DNA from: Halomicronema hongdechloris C2206 | GTDB taxonomy: Bacteria > Cyanobacteriota > Cyanobacteriia > Phormidesmidales > Phormidesmidaceae | Assembly: GCF_002075285.3 (NCBI RefSeq) | Contig: NZ_CP021983.2 | Coordinates: forward strand, 5,280,001-5,312,000 | DNA: 32,000 nucleotides | Reading direction: 5' to 3' | In this document: positions 23,083 through 32,000 of the stretch, piece by piece | How the letters are laid out: every line of letters starts with the position of its first letter | How positions within the stretch are numbered: position 1 is the first letter of the stretch | Notes under the pieces: generated by a model | Databases searched by the model: none | What the model saw: only the letters and a program-made list of their open reading frames with translations | What the model was told of the DNA's origin: nothing | Made by a program: the position numbers and the translations under genes

Positions 23083-24078
23083 ATGCCAACCACGGAACGC
23101 CGACCGATCCTCTTAGACTTCGAAAAACCCTTGGCAGAACTAGAAGCCCGCATCAAACAGATTCGCGAACTGGCCGAAGACAATGATGTGGACGTCTCCA
23201 TTCAAATCTGCCAACTCGAGTCACGGGCGAACCAATTGCGTCACGAAATTTTCAGCAATCTGACTCCGGCCCAGCGATTACAGGTTGCCCGTCATCCTCG
23301 CCGTCCTAGCACCCTCGATTACATCCAAGCCATCAGTGACGAGTGGATTGAACTCCATGGGGACCGTCGCTCTGGTAAGGATGACCCTGCCCTCGTGGGG
23401 GGGCTGGCTCGGCTGAATGGCCGCCCAGTTGTGATGTTGGGTCATCAAAAGGGGCGAGACACTAGAGACAACGTCGTCCGTAATTTTGGTATGGCGTCCC
23501 CCGGTGGATATCGCAAAGCCCTGCGGCTGATGCAGCACGCCAATCGCTTCAACATGCCCATATTCACCTTCATTGATACACCGGGGGCTTGGGCCGGACT
23601 AGAGGCCGAGGAAATGGGCCAAGGGGAAGCCATTGCCTATAACCTGCGAGAGATGTTTGCCTTGGATGTGCCCATTATCTGCACGGTGATTGGGGAAGGG
23701 GGCTCGGGAGGCGCCCTTGGCATCAGTGTGGGGGATCGGCTGCTGATGTTTGAACATGCGGTCTATACCGTGGCCAGTCCAGAGGCCTGTGCCGCGATTC
23801 TGTGGAAAGATGCCAGTCGCTCTGCCGAAGCCGCCGAAGCCCTTAAAATTACGGCCCATGATCTGAAAACCCTGGGGATTCTGGATCAACTCTTGCCAGA
23901 ACCCGTGGGAGGCGCTCACGCTGATCCTTTGAGGGCTACCGAAATCCTCAGGAACGCCTTGATGCAGGCGATGCAAGAACTCCTACAGCTGACGCCGCCA
24001 GAACGGCGACAACAACGGTATCAGAAATTTCGTCAGATTGGGGTCTTTGCCGAAACCCTGACTGAGGAGGAAGACTAG
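23083..24078 (+). CDS. accA: Acetyl-CoA carboxylase carboxyltransferase subunit alpha
   Basis: Collinear with E. coli AccA as I recall it: [87 protein letters not shown]. Confidence 0.95.
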   Translation: MPTTERRPILLDFEKPLAELEARIKQIRELAEDNDVDVSIQICQLESRANQLRHEIFSNLTPAQRLQVARHPRRPSTLDYIQAISDEWIELHGDRRSGKDDPALVGGLARLNGRPVVMLGHQKGRDTRDNVVRNFGMASPGGYRKALRLMQHANRFNMPIFTFIDTPGAWAGLEAEEMGQGEAIAYNLREMFALDVPIICTVIGEGGSGGALGISVGDRLLMFEHAVYTVASPEACAAILWKDASRSAEAAEALKITAHDLKTLGILDQLLPEPVGGAHADPLRATEILRNALMQAMQELLQLTPPERRQQRYQKFRQIGVFAETLTEEED

Positions 24079-24429
24079 CCACAGCCATGGCTACCTCGAC
24101 CCACCCTCGATGCCTGTTCTTTCGGCCCTCAAAAGCAACGTGGGGGTCAGTTTACTCATCAGTTTTTCACATGGCCACCAGCGATTGACGCTATGCTGAC
24201 CAAGGGCCATAGCAGTACAGATGCTGATGGCTGGCCATCTCACTCATAAATTCGTAACGTTTGTTAACATGATGAGCGGCAGCCGATGCCTCACGATGCT
24301 GAGGAGTGGGAAGCTTTCGTAAATTATGAATCTTTGTGATATCGAACGCGGTATCCAAGGGGACAGTTGGGGAGGCAAGTCGGTTGCCGCTGCTGCACAA
24401 AATGTCTCGATGGAGCGTTAACACAGTCT

Positions 24430-25152
24430 ATGACTCCCGATGCAACCCGTCGTGCTCTCATCACGGGGGCGAGTAGTGGCATTGGAAAATCAACGGCAAT
24501 CGCGTTCGCCCAAGCTGGGATTGATGTCGCCCTGGTCAGTCGCTCTCAGGATAGATTAGAGGCCATCGCCCAAGATCTTGGCTGCCAAGGTGTCGTGGCT
24601 AAGGCCTATGGGATTGACTTGGCTCAGGTGGCACAAGTATCGGCTCAGATGCAGGCCGTGCTAGCAGATTTTGGCCCCATTGATATCTTGGTGAACAATG
24701 CTGGCATGGGGTATACCGGAGGCTTGGCCGACATGCCCCTGGCTGACTGGCAACGGGTGTTGGACCTGAATCTCACCAGTGTATTTCAATGCATTCAGGC
24801 GTTGCTACCTGGCCTGCGCGATCGCAACGGCACGATTGTCAATGTGGTGTCCATTGCCGGCAAATCGGCTTTTCCCAATTGGGGCGCCTACAGTGTCAGT
24901 AAGGCCAGCATCTTGACCCTATCTCGTATCCTGGCGGCTGAGGAGCGTCAGCATGGGGTGCGCGTGACGGCCATTTCCCCTGGAGCGGTTAACACTCCCA
25001 TCTGGGATACGGAGACAGTACAAGCAGACTTCGATCGCGCTAGCATGCTGACCCCAGACGTAGTGGCTCAAACAATTTTGCATGCCGTTCAGTTACCTGC
25101 CCAGGCCGTGATCGAAGATTTAAACCTAATGCCCAGTGCCGGGGCCCTCTAG
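24430..25152 (+). CDS. Classical short-chain dehydrogenase/reductase (SDR) family oxidoreductase
   Basis: TGASSGIGKS cofactor loop right after the ATG at 24430. The ORF opens at 24367, but that extension is Cys-rich and unlikely to be translated. NNAG motif; catalytic YSVSKAS (YxxxK); ISPGAVNTP. Confidence 0.85.
   Translation: MTPDATRRALITGASSGIGKSTAIAFAQAGIDVALVSRSQDRLEAIAQDLGCQGVVAKAYGIDLAQVAQVSAQMQAVLADFGPIDILVNNAGMGYTGGLADMPLADWQRVLDLNLTSVFQCIQALLPGLRDRNGTIVNVVSIAGKSAFPNWGAYSVSKASILTLSRILAAEERQHGVRVTAISPGAVNTPIWDTETVQADFDRASMLTPDVVAQTILHAVQLPAQAVIEDLNLMPSAGAL
24828..24835. repeat. HIP1 octamer GCGATCGC
   Basis: exact match read in sequence. Confidence 0.95.
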
Positions 25153-25250
25153 ACCGTCTCAGGCGATCTTGGCGGCTCTACGGAGTCTAGATCGCGGAAA
25201 TGGTCCAGTTAACTTTTCAATTAGCCAGGAGATTTCAACTATTATTTGCC

Positions 25251-25958
25251 ATGACTATTGCCTCTTCTAGTGGTCTCAATGGGGCGTCAAGCCCCACTGC
25301 CAATAATGGCCGCGTGCCCTCTGCTAGCTCAGTGCGTCCAGATCGGAGCAAATCCCATGGCCTCATGCCTCCGACCACCGATGAGTCGGATCAAGAAGCC
25401 ATGCAAGATGCCGTGCGGACCTTGCTGATCTCGGTCGGAGAAGATCCAGATCGGGAGGGACTGTTGAAGACTCCGAAGCGGGTGGCTGAGGCGATGCGCT
25501 TCCTCACCAGTGGTTATCACCAGTCCTTAGAAGACCTGGTGAATGGGGCTATTTTTGACGAGGGGCATAACGAAATGGTGTTGGTGCGCGATATCAATGC
25601 CTTTAGCCTCTGCGAGCATCACATGTTGCCCTTCATGGGCAAGGTCCATGTGGCCTATATCCCAGATCAAAAGGTGGTGGGCTTGAGTAAGCTAGCCCGG
25701 ATTGTGGAGATGTATTCTCGCCGCCTGCAGGTGCAAGAGCGCCTGACCCGGCAAATTGCTGAGGCGGTTCAATCCATTCTCGACCCCCAAGGCGTGGCCG
25801 TGGTGATGGAAGCTAGCCACATGTGCATGGTCATGAGAGGCGTGCAAAAACCTGGTTCCTGGACCGTCACCAGTGCCATGTTAGGAGTATTCCAGGAAGA
25901 TTCTAAGACCCGAGAAGAGTTCCTGAGCTTGATTCGTCATCAGCCCGCCTTCACGTAG
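25251..25958 (+). CDS. folE: GTP cyclohydrolase I (FolE type 1) with Ser/Pro-rich N-terminal extension
   Basis: [35 protein letters not shown]...[29 protein letters not shown]. The start is ambiguous between ATG 25251 (MTIASSSG...) and ATG 25200. Confidence 0.9.
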   Translation: MTIASSSGLNGASSPTANNGRVPSASSVRPDRSKSHGLMPPTTDESDQEAMQDAVRTLLISVGEDPDREGLLKTPKRVAEAMRFLTSGYHQSLEDLVNGAIFDEGHNEMVLVRDINAFSLCEHHMLPFMGKVHVAYIPDQKVVGLSKLARIVEMYSRRLQVQERLTRQIAEAVQSILDPQGVAVVMEASHMCMVMRGVQKPGSWTVTSAMLGVFQEDSKTREEFLSLIRHQPAFT

Positions 25959-26072
25959 AGGGGCGGTAGTGGGTCTGGATCTGCCGTGAGTAGCTCCCGC
26001 CCATGGCACCATAGGAATATCTACTTCTTAGAATTGAGCTAGTGCTGTCAAGTATTTCAAGGAGATGCCATC

Positions 26073-26312
26073 ATGCAAACCCTGGCACTGACTAGTGAAA
26101 ACGTCGAGAAAGTCCTGGACGAAATGCGTCCTTACCTATTGGCCGATGGTGGCAATGTGGAGCTGATGGAGTTAGATGGACCAGTTGTAAAGCTGCGCTT
26201 ACAGGGGGCCTGTGGCTCTTGTCCTAGCTCTGCTATGACCCTGCGCATGGGGATCGAACGGCGACTGCGGGAGTTTATCCCCGAGATCGCCGAGGTTCAG
26301 CAGGTCATGTAA
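26073..26312 (+). CDS. nfu: NifU-like (Nfu) Fe-S cluster scaffold/carrier protein
   Basis: 79 aa with [38 protein letters not shown] (CxxC). AAGGAG lies 8 nt upstream of the ATG. Confidence 0.85.
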   Translation: MQTLALTSENVEKVLDEMRPYLLADGGNVELMELDGPVVKLRLQGACGSCPSSAMTLRMGIERRLREFIPEIAEVQQVM

Positions 26313-26330
26313 TTGGCCGTTGAGACGTCG

Positions 26331-26369
26331 AATCCCCCGAGCCAGCCATGTCCTCGGGGGATTTCTTAT
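26331..26369 (+). terminator. Rho-independent terminator candidate after nfu
   Basis: Perfect 11-bp stem, aatcccccgag (26331-26341) pairing with ctcgggggatt (26353-26363). The loop is 11 nt and the tail is the T-rich tcttat. Confidence 0.6.
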
Positions 26370-26497
26370 AGCGATGCCGTTAGGCTGGGTGCGGCTGCCA
26401 ACCAATCAGCTGTCTGGGCCTTAGCAATGTATTTCCTGCTATGGTGATGTATTGGCAAGATAAGGCCGCGTCAGTGCAACGGACCTGAGGAATTGTC

Positions 26498-27772
26498 GTG
26501 CTTGACTTAAAGCAAATTCGGGACTACCCCGATACGGTACAGGCCGCCTTGAGTCACCGAGGGGACTATGATCTGACCCCCTTGCTGGAGTTAGACCGGC
26601 AACGGCGGGCCTTAGAAACGATGCGATCGCAACTGCAGGCCCAGAGCAATGACATCGGCAAACAGGTGGGGCAGGCCATCAAAGCCGGGGCCGACCCCAA
26701 AGGGGCTGAGGTGGCGACCCTGAAGGCGGAGGGCAATCGGCTCAAGACAGAATTGGCCCAACTAGACCCCCAGGAGCGAGACCTTAAGGCCCAACTGGAT
26801 CAGATGCTACTGGGTCTACCCAACTTGCCCAGCGATACCACCCCGGTTGGCCGCAGTGAGGCCGACAATGTAGACGTGCGCTACTGGGGCGATGATCAGA
26901 TTCCCACCATTGAGGTCAAGCCCCATTGGGACATTGGTGAAACCCTCGGCATCCTCAACTTCGAGCGCTCCGTCAAGCTGGCCCAAAGCCGTTTCGTCAC
27001 CTTGCTAGGAGCGGGGGCAGCCCTAGAGCGAGCCCTGATCCAGTTCATGCTAGATAGCCATATCCATGCCGGCTACACCGAGGTGATTCCACCCTATTTG
27101 ATCAACACGGCTGCCATGACGGCCTCCGGTCAGCTGCCTAAGTTTGCCGACGAAAGCTTTAGATGCGATCGCGACGATCTCTGGCTAACGCCCACGGCTG
27201 AGGTGCCCGTTACCAACCTGCACCGTGACGAGATCTTCACCAGCGATGAGCTGCCCCGACACTACTGCGCCTACACCCCCTGCTTCCGCCGGGAAGCTGG
27301 TAGCTATGGTCGCGATACCCGCGGCCTGATTCGACTACACCAATTCAACAAAGTGGAACTCTACAAGTTTGTCCACCCCGATCAGTCTATGGACGAACTG
27401 GAAGCCCTAGTCCGAGATGCCGAGACTATCCTGCAGCAACTCCAGTTGCCCTACCGAGTGATTGAACTCTGTAGTGGCGATCTGGGGTTCTCCGCCTGCA
27501 AAACCTACGACCTAGAAGTCTGGATGCCCTCCTCGGGAACCTATCGAGAGATCTCGAGTTGCTCCAACTGCGGCGACTTCCAAGCCCGACGCGCCAATGT
27601 ACGATTCAAAGCCCCCAATCAAAAAGGCACCCGCTTTGTCCACACACTCAACGGCTCCGGATTAGCGGTAGGACGCACCATGGCCGCCATCCTAGAAAAC
27701 TATCAACAGGCCAATGGGGCCGTCCAAATTCCCTCGGCCCTGCGGCCCTACCTGAAGCGAGACTATCTTTAG
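26498..27772 (+). CDS. serS: Seryl-tRNA synthetase
   Basis: GTG start with GAGGA 6 nt upstream. N-terminal coiled-coil arm (MLDLKQIR...). Class II core: [41 protein letters not shown]. Confidence 0.95.
   Translation: MLDLKQIRDYPDTVQAALSHRGDYDLTPLLELDRQRRALETMRSQLQAQSNDIGKQVGQAIKAGADPKGAEVATLKAEGNRLKTELAQLDPQERDLKAQLDQMLLGLPNLPSDTTPVGRSEADNVDVRYWGDDQIPTIEVKPHWDIGETLGILNFERSVKLAQSRFVTLLGAGAALERALIQFMLDSHIHAGYTEVIPPYLINTAAMTASGQLPKFADESFRCDRDDLWLTPTAEVPVTNLHRDEIFTSDELPRHYCAYTPCFRREAGSYGRDTRGLIRLHQFNKVELYKFVHPDQSMDELEALVRDAETILQQLQLPYRVIELCSGDLGFSACKTYDLEVWMPSSGTYREISSCSNCGDFQARRANVRFKAPNQKGTRFVHTLNGSGLAVGRTMAAILENYQQANGAVQIPSALRPYLKRDYL
26623..26630. repeat. HIP1 octamer GCGATCGC
   Basis: exact match read in sequence. 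Confidence 0.95.
27165..27172. repeat. HIP1 octamer GCGATCGC
   Basis: exact match read in sequence. Confidence 0.95.
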
Positions 27773-27785
27773 AGACTATCTTTAG
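27760..27785 (+). repeat. Perfect 13-bp tandem duplication agactatctttag x2 spanning the serS stop codon
   Basis: Copies at 27760-27772 and 27773-27785. The first copy holds the serS TAG (27770-27772). Confidence 0.9.
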
Positions 27786-27851
27786 GGTTGATGCCAGGGC
27801 AGCGCTAGAATAGGAAAGCGTATCAATTCAGCTGTATCTCATCCGCTCAAT

Positions 27852-28943
27852 ATGTCCGTCTTGGCCGCGATCGCAGTTCTGGCAGTGCTCATTGTCGTGC
27901 ACGAGCTAGGGCATTTCCTAGCTGCCCGATTACAAGGCATTCACGTCAACCGCTTCTCCATCGGGTTTGGCCCCATTCTCTGGAAGCTTCAGGGTCCGCA
28001 AACGGAGTATGCCATCCGAGCCATTCCCCTGGGGGGATTCGTAGGCTTCCCCGATGATGACCCCGACAGTATTATCCCAGCAGATGATCCCGATCTACTC
28101 AAGAACCGCCCAATCTTGGATCGGGCCATTGTGATCAGCGCCGGGGTGATTGCCAACCTACTCTTTGCCTACTGCGTCTTCGTGGCTCAGTTTTCTACTG
28201 TGGGGGTGCCAGAAACCTTCAATCCGCAGCCAGGAGTGCTGGTGCCCCAGGTGCTCTCCGAGACAGCCCCGGCTGCCGATGCCGGCATTCGCGCCGGAGA
28301 TCTGATCGTGGCCGCCGAGGGAGAGCGGTTGGGAGCCTCAGAAGAGGCGATTCAATCGCTGATTCAGTTGATTCAAAACAGCCCGAATCAGCCCATTGAT
28401 CTTACAGTCGAGCGTGGCAGTCGGGAAGTTGCCCTGACGGTCACGCCAGAGTTAGGCGCTGATGGTAAAGCCATTATCGGGGTGCAGTTGCAACCCAATG
28501 GCACCCTAGAGTATCGCCAGGCCAGCAATGTCAGCGAAGTCTTCACCATGGCGGCCCAAGAATTTCAGTCTATGCTGGTGCGAACGGTACAGGGCTTTGC
28601 CATGCTGATTACCAATTTTTCAGAGATGGCTAGCGAAGTGGCCGGACCCGTGCGCATTGTAGAACAAGGGGCTGGATTGGCTGAAAACAATGCCATTAGC
28701 CTGTTTCCCTTTACCGCCATCATCAGCATCAACCTGGCCATCATCAACATTCTGCCCTTACCGGCCTTAGACGGGGGGCAGCTGGCATTTCTAGCAGTAG
28801 AGGCTCTGCGGGGCAAGCCCCTGCCTGCCCGCGTTCAAGAGAATGTGATGCAGACTGGCCTGGTGCTGCTATTAGGCCTGGGAGTCTTTCTGATTGTGCG
28901 CGACACCACGCAACTTGAAATCTTTCAAAACTGGTTGCAGTGA
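27852..28943 (+). CDS. rseP: RIP (site-2) zinc metalloprotease, M50 family, with PDZ domain
   Basis: HELGHF (HExxH) in the first TM helix. Central PDZ-like AGIRAGDLIVAAEGERL. NILPLPALDGG (LDG) motif. Multiple TM segments. A TAGAAT at 27806-27811 could be a -10 element. Confidence 0.85.
   Translation: MSVLAAIAVLAVLIVVHELGHFLAARLQGIHVNRFSIGFGPILWKLQGPQTEYAIRAIPLGGFVGFPDDDPDSIIPADDPDLLKNRPILDRAIVISAGVIANLLFAYCVFVAQFSTVGVPETFNPQPGVLVPQVLSETAPAADAGIRAGDLIVAAEGERLGASEEAIQSLIQLIQNSPNQPIDLTVERGSREVALTVTPELGADGKAIIGVQLQPNGTLEYRQASNVSEVFTMAAQEFQSMLVRTVQGFAMLITNFSEMASEVAGPVRIVEQGAGLAENNAISLFPFTAIISINLAIINILPLPALDGGQLAFLAVEALRGKPLPARVQENVMQTGLVLLLGLGVFLIVRDTTQLEIFQNWLQ
27867..27874. repeat. HIP1 octamer GCGATCGC
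   Basis: exact match read in sequence. Confidence 0.95.
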
Positions 28944-29638
28944 GCACTCCCCGCCAGCAGATTGCCAAGCAGCAACGGGCCCTAGACATTCTCAACCGGC
29001 TGCAGCGGCTGTATCCTGATGCTAGCTGTTCCCTTACCCACAGCACACCCTTGCAATTGCTAGTGGCGACTATCTTGTCGGCCCAATGCACTGACGAGCG
29101 GGTGAATCAGGTGACTCCGGCCCTATTCGAGCGCTTCCCTACGGCGGAGGCCTTTGCCGCTGCCGATAGGCAGGAGCTGGAATCATTGATCAAGTCCACG
29201 GGCTTCTATCGCAACAAGGCCAAAAATATTCGTGCCGCCTGCCAAAAGATCGTGAATGAGTTTGAGGGTAAGGTGCCGGCTCAAATGCAAGCCCTGCTGA
29301 GCCTACCCGGGGTGGCTCGCAAGACCGCTAATGTGGTGCTGGCCCATGGCTTTGGGATTAATGCTGGAGTGACCGTCGACACCCATGTGAAGCGTCTCAG
29401 TAAACGCCTGGGACTCACTGACCATGAGGAGCCAGGCAAGATTGAGCGGGACTTAATGGCCCTATTACCTCAACCAGACTGGGAAAACTGGTCGATTCGA
29501 TTGATTTATCACGGTCGAGCCATCTGTATGGCCCGTACCCCCCGATGCGATCGCTGCCAACTGGCTGAGCTTTGTCCCTCAGCGGGAAAGATCGGGTCGA
29601 CTGCTGCTAAGGGCCAAAGCAAAGGCCGCAGATCATAG
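28940..29638 (+). CDS. nth: Endonuclease III (DNA glycosylase/AP lyase)
   Basis: The GTG start overlaps the rseP stop (GTGA at 28940-28943). LVATILSAQCTD, the HhH motif LPGVARKTANVVL, VDTHV.R and the 4Fe-4S Cys ligands C-x6-C-x2-C-x5-C (CMARTPRCDRCQLAELC). Confidence 0.9.
   Translation: MSTPRQQIAKQQRALDILNRLQRLYPDASCSLTHSTPLQLLVATILSAQCTDERVNQVTPALFERFPTAEAFAAADRQELESLIKSTGFYRNKAKNIRAACQKIVNEFEGKVPAQMQALLSLPGVARKTANVVLAHGFGINAGVTVDTHVKRLSKRLGLTDHEEPGKIERDLMALLPQPDWENWSIRLIYHGRAICMARTPRCDRCQLAELCPSAGKIGSTAAKGQSKGRRS
29547..29554. repeat. HIP1 octamer GCGATCGC
   Basis: exact match read in sequence. Confidence 0.95.
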
Positions 29639-29887
29639 TCCACCGCCATCAACGAACTGGCTGAGCACGATCGCAATTGACCACAGGAACAGACCTAAGG
29701 TTAGCAACCAAGGCATCGTTGCAAATCCCTTACCATCTCATTCAGCCTATCAACCCTAACGATGGCGGTTCTAGGGAGAATGGCCGTACCCCTGCTCACT
29801 GCCAACCGCCCGTTTACGGGTTAGAATACTTTGGGTTAATATAAGAGACTGTGGCTTTGAAGGAAGGCGAGAGGCAAAGTACATTGC

Positions 29888-30190
29888 ATGGCTAAGAAAA
29901 GCATGGTGGCGCGGGAGCGCAAGCGGGAAAAACTAGTCGCCAAATACGCTAAGAAGCGGGAAGAATTGCTGGAGCAGTTTCGGCAGGCAACCAATCAACA
30001 AGAAAAGCTGGACATTCACCGCAAAATTCAACAATTGCCCCGCAATAGTTCCCGCACTCGGCTACGGAACCGCTGCTGGATGACGGGTCGCTCTCGCGGT
30101 TACTACCGGGATTTTGGCCTGTGTCGCAACGTGATGCGAGAGATGGCCCACGAAGGGCTGTTGCCCGGGGTAGTCAAATCGAGTTGGTAG
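29888..30190 (+). CDS. rpsN: 30S ribosomal protein S14
   Basis: 100 aa: [21 protein letters not shown] and [18 protein letters not shown]...RE.A..G.LPGV.KSSW. Confidence 0.95.
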   Translation: MAKKSMVARERKREKLVAKYAKKREELLEQFRQATNQQEKLDIHRKIQQLPRNSSRTRLRNRCWMTGRSRGYYRDFGLCRNVMREMAHEGLLPGVVKSSW

Positions 30191-30264
30191 TGATGTTTTG
30201 GGCCGAGTGGGTTGAGCCAGGTCAGTCATTACCTGTGGGAAGCGCCTTGCGTTTCAACTTCATC

Positions 30265-30288
30265 TAGGGCTACTGATAGGGCTACTGA
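30265..30288. repeat. Perfect 12-bp tandem duplication tagggctactga x2 in the rpsN-downstream spacer
   Basis: Copies at 30265-30276 and 30277-30288, read directly. Confidence 0.9.
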
Positions 30289-30594
30289 GTCAAGGCATCC
30301 GCTCGGCAGATAGTTTACCGGGGCTTACGTATACCGGGCCTATAGCAAATGCTAAGGCCCCGCCTGCTAACGAACAAAGCTGCCAGTGCCGGGCTGCGCC
30401 CTATATAGGATAGGCCTAGGCTGTCGGCACCGTAGCCAATTCCTGACAACTGAACTGCTGCTGCAGTTTGCTAGTACTTTGTAATAGAAATAATGCCTCT
30501 GATGAACAGAGCATAAAAGAAAGCCCCGGTTATCGAGATTTCCCTTGTTGCTAACCGCTAGATAGCGCCTGAATAGAGGGCACTGGCGGGGGAG

Positions 30595-30927
30595 TTAACC
30601 GGCACCACAGCAATGCTCAATCCCTAAGCTGTCCAGCAGCAGATCGCTCACGGCATTTGCGATCGCAAATTCACTGTAAAAACTACTTGAGAAATCAAAC
30701 CCCTGCATCTCGGTCAAAATGGCCATGACCAGAGCATTAACGTCATTCTCCCCTTCAATGCGTTGACGCACAAATACCCGAGCAGCACGCTCAGCAATCT
30801 CCCCATTCACAGGCTCCGGAATAAACTCACTATCTAGCCAGTGATGCAGCGAAGCTTGCAGCCACTGCCCCTCTCGCTGAGGATGCTGAGCTGGGGGCAG
30901 AGTCAGAGATGGAATTGGATCAGCCAT
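30595..30927 (-). CDS. Hypothetical protein (110 aa)
   Basis: Clean ORF with protein-like composition: WLQASLHHWLDSEFIPEPVNGEIAERAARVFVRQRIEGENDVNALVMAILTEMQGFDF..., ending HCCGAG. It is divergent from aat. I cannot name the family. Confidence 0.55.
   Translation of the reverse strand: MADPIPSLTLPPAQHPQREGQWLQASLHHWLDSEFIPEPVNGEIAERAARVFVRQRIEGENDVNALVMAILTEMQGFDFSSSFYSEFAIANAVSDLLLDSLGIEHCCGAG
30659..30666. repeat. HIP1 octamer GCGATCGC
   Basis: exact match read in sequence. Confidence 0.95.
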
Positions 30928-31142
30928 AGGGGTAAGTCAACTGCTGTGTCAACGTCCTCAACGAGGAACACAAGCTACTAAATGCATATTGCCTAGTTAG
31001 CTATTCTATGATCTAGTCTAATGATGTACTCGACCACATCCAAGGCCAAACTTGGAGAGTTGCTGCAAGGGAAATTCCAGATCCCAAATGGGATGGGTGA
31101 TAGCAACTGCTTGTTGTCCATAGTCGTGGCCCATGCCCTATC

Positions 31143-31730
31143 GTGACTGAGTTCCGTTACGACACCAACGCCATTATTCGAGGCTATTGCCAAGGCTATT
31201 TCCTCATGGCCGACGAATTTGGCAAAACCCTGAGCTGGTATACCAGCCGCCAACGGGCCTTAATTCCCCTAGACGAGCGATTTCGGTATCCAAAATCCCT
31301 GCGGCGCATCCTCAATCAGAACCGCTTCCAAGTCAAGATCAATGGCGCCTTTATGGACGTAGTCGAAGGCTGTGCCGATCGAGACAGCACTTGGATCTCC
31401 CAAGAGTTGAAACAGGTGTATTGGGAATTAGCCCAGGCGGGGTGGGCTTATAGTTTTGAAACTTGGCAGGGCAACGTTTTGGCCGGAGGCATCTTGGGCA
31501 TTGCGATCGGGGGGGCTTTTATTGGCGAGTCGATGTTTTATCGAGTGCCTGAGGGCTCTAAAGTCGCTATGGTCAAGCTCGTAGAGCGCTTGCGGCAGCA
31601 AGGATTTTTGCTGTTCGATGCGCAAATGATGAATCCCCATTTAGCCCGCTTCGGGGCCCACATGATCTCTAACAAGGAGTATTTAGCGAAGTTACAACAA
31701 GCTTGTCAGCAAGCTTGCTCGTTTCTTTAG
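31143..31730 (+). CDS. aat: Leucyl/phenylalanyl-tRNA--protein transferase
   Basis: GTG start. [20 protein letters not shown]...KSLRR, GAF..V...CA.R..TWI, W..G.LAGG..G...GGAF.GESMF, SKVA...LV..L...GF.L.D.Q..N.HL..FGA..I....Y. Confidence 0.9.
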   Translation: MTEFRYDTNAIIRGYCQGYFLMADEFGKTLSWYTSRQRALIPLDERFRYPKSLRRILNQNRFQVKINGAFMDVVEGCADRDSTWISQELKQVYWELAQAGWAYSFETWQGNVLAGGILGIAIGGAFIGESMFYRVPEGSKVAMVKLVERLRQQGFLLFDAQMMNPHLARFGAHMISNKEYLAKLQQACQQACSFL

Positions 31731-31754
31731 GGAGATATAACTACAGACAATCGT

Positions 31755-31787
31755 GGCACCCTGTTTTTCCCAACGGTGCCTTTTCCC
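31755..31787 (+). terminator. Weak terminator-like hairpin after aat
   Basis: ggcacc (31755-31760) pairs with ggtgcc (31775-31780). The loop is 14 nt and is followed by ttttccc. The stem is short and the loop long. Confidence 0.3.
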
Positions 31788-31929
31788 AGGGATCGCTGCA
31801 ATGGGGACCGTTTAGTGAGTTTGGTGCCGAGTTAGGCACTTGATTCGTACCTACGACCGCACTGGAGCCTGGTACCGTTTGACCCTAGTACCGAACATCT
31901 TGTGGAGGCCAATGGTTGAGTCTCCCCTC

Positions 31930-32000
31930 TTAATTCTCGAAGAGGGTTTCAAATTCATCCCGCAGCCAGGCCACATTGGCGACCCTGGCCACAACCACAC
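31930..32000 (-). CDS. 3' end of an unidentified minus-strand gene (partial)
   Basis: One frame reads ...VVVARVANVAWLRDEFETLFEN then TAA (plus-strand tta at 31930-31932). It is too short to identify, and another frame is also open. Confidence 0.3.
   Translation of the reverse strand, partial: VVVARVANVAWLRDEFETLFEN

Noticed and set aside
24191-24424. 77-aa minus-strand ORF between accA and the SDR gene
   Set aside because: Its start would sit 5 nt from the divergent SDR start codon, leaving no promoter space. It has no recognisable family or RBS.
30193-30267. 24-codon ORF (MFWAEWVEPGQSLPVGSALRFNFI) starting 3 nt after the rpsN stop
   Set aside because: It is too short, has no RBS and no recognisable family. 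It cannot be supported from sequence alone.

Overview
GC-rich cyanobacterial chromosomal segment: 14 perfect HIP1 octamers (GCGATCGC) and cyanobacteria-type housekeeping genes. It falls into three blocks. (A) 2-12872 is a cell-envelope module of six genes. A CHASE2 membrane sensor and a DUF928 secreted protein lie on the + strand and converge on a minus-strand operon, tpsA2-tpsA1-tpsB-(TPR-CHAT protease). Every complete product carries an export signal. As written, tpsB has one frameshift and the CHAT gene has two compensating homopolymer frameshifts. To my knowledge this CHASE2/DUF928/CHAT/two-partner-secretion combination has no assigned function, and it is the most interesting part of the window. 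(B) 12922-22504 is a split olefin-synthase (Ols/CurM-type) pathway: FAAL-ACP plus KS-AT-KR-ACP-ST-TE. It is followed by a 314-aa orphan ORF translationally coupled (ATGA) to the PKS stop. (C) 23083-32000 holds housekeeping genes: accA, an SDR, folE, nfu, serS, an rseP-like site-2 protease, nth, rpsN, a small hypothetical and aat. I recognised no rRNA, tRNA, CRISPR array, transposase or integrase. All domain calls come from motif recognition by eye, not from database searches.
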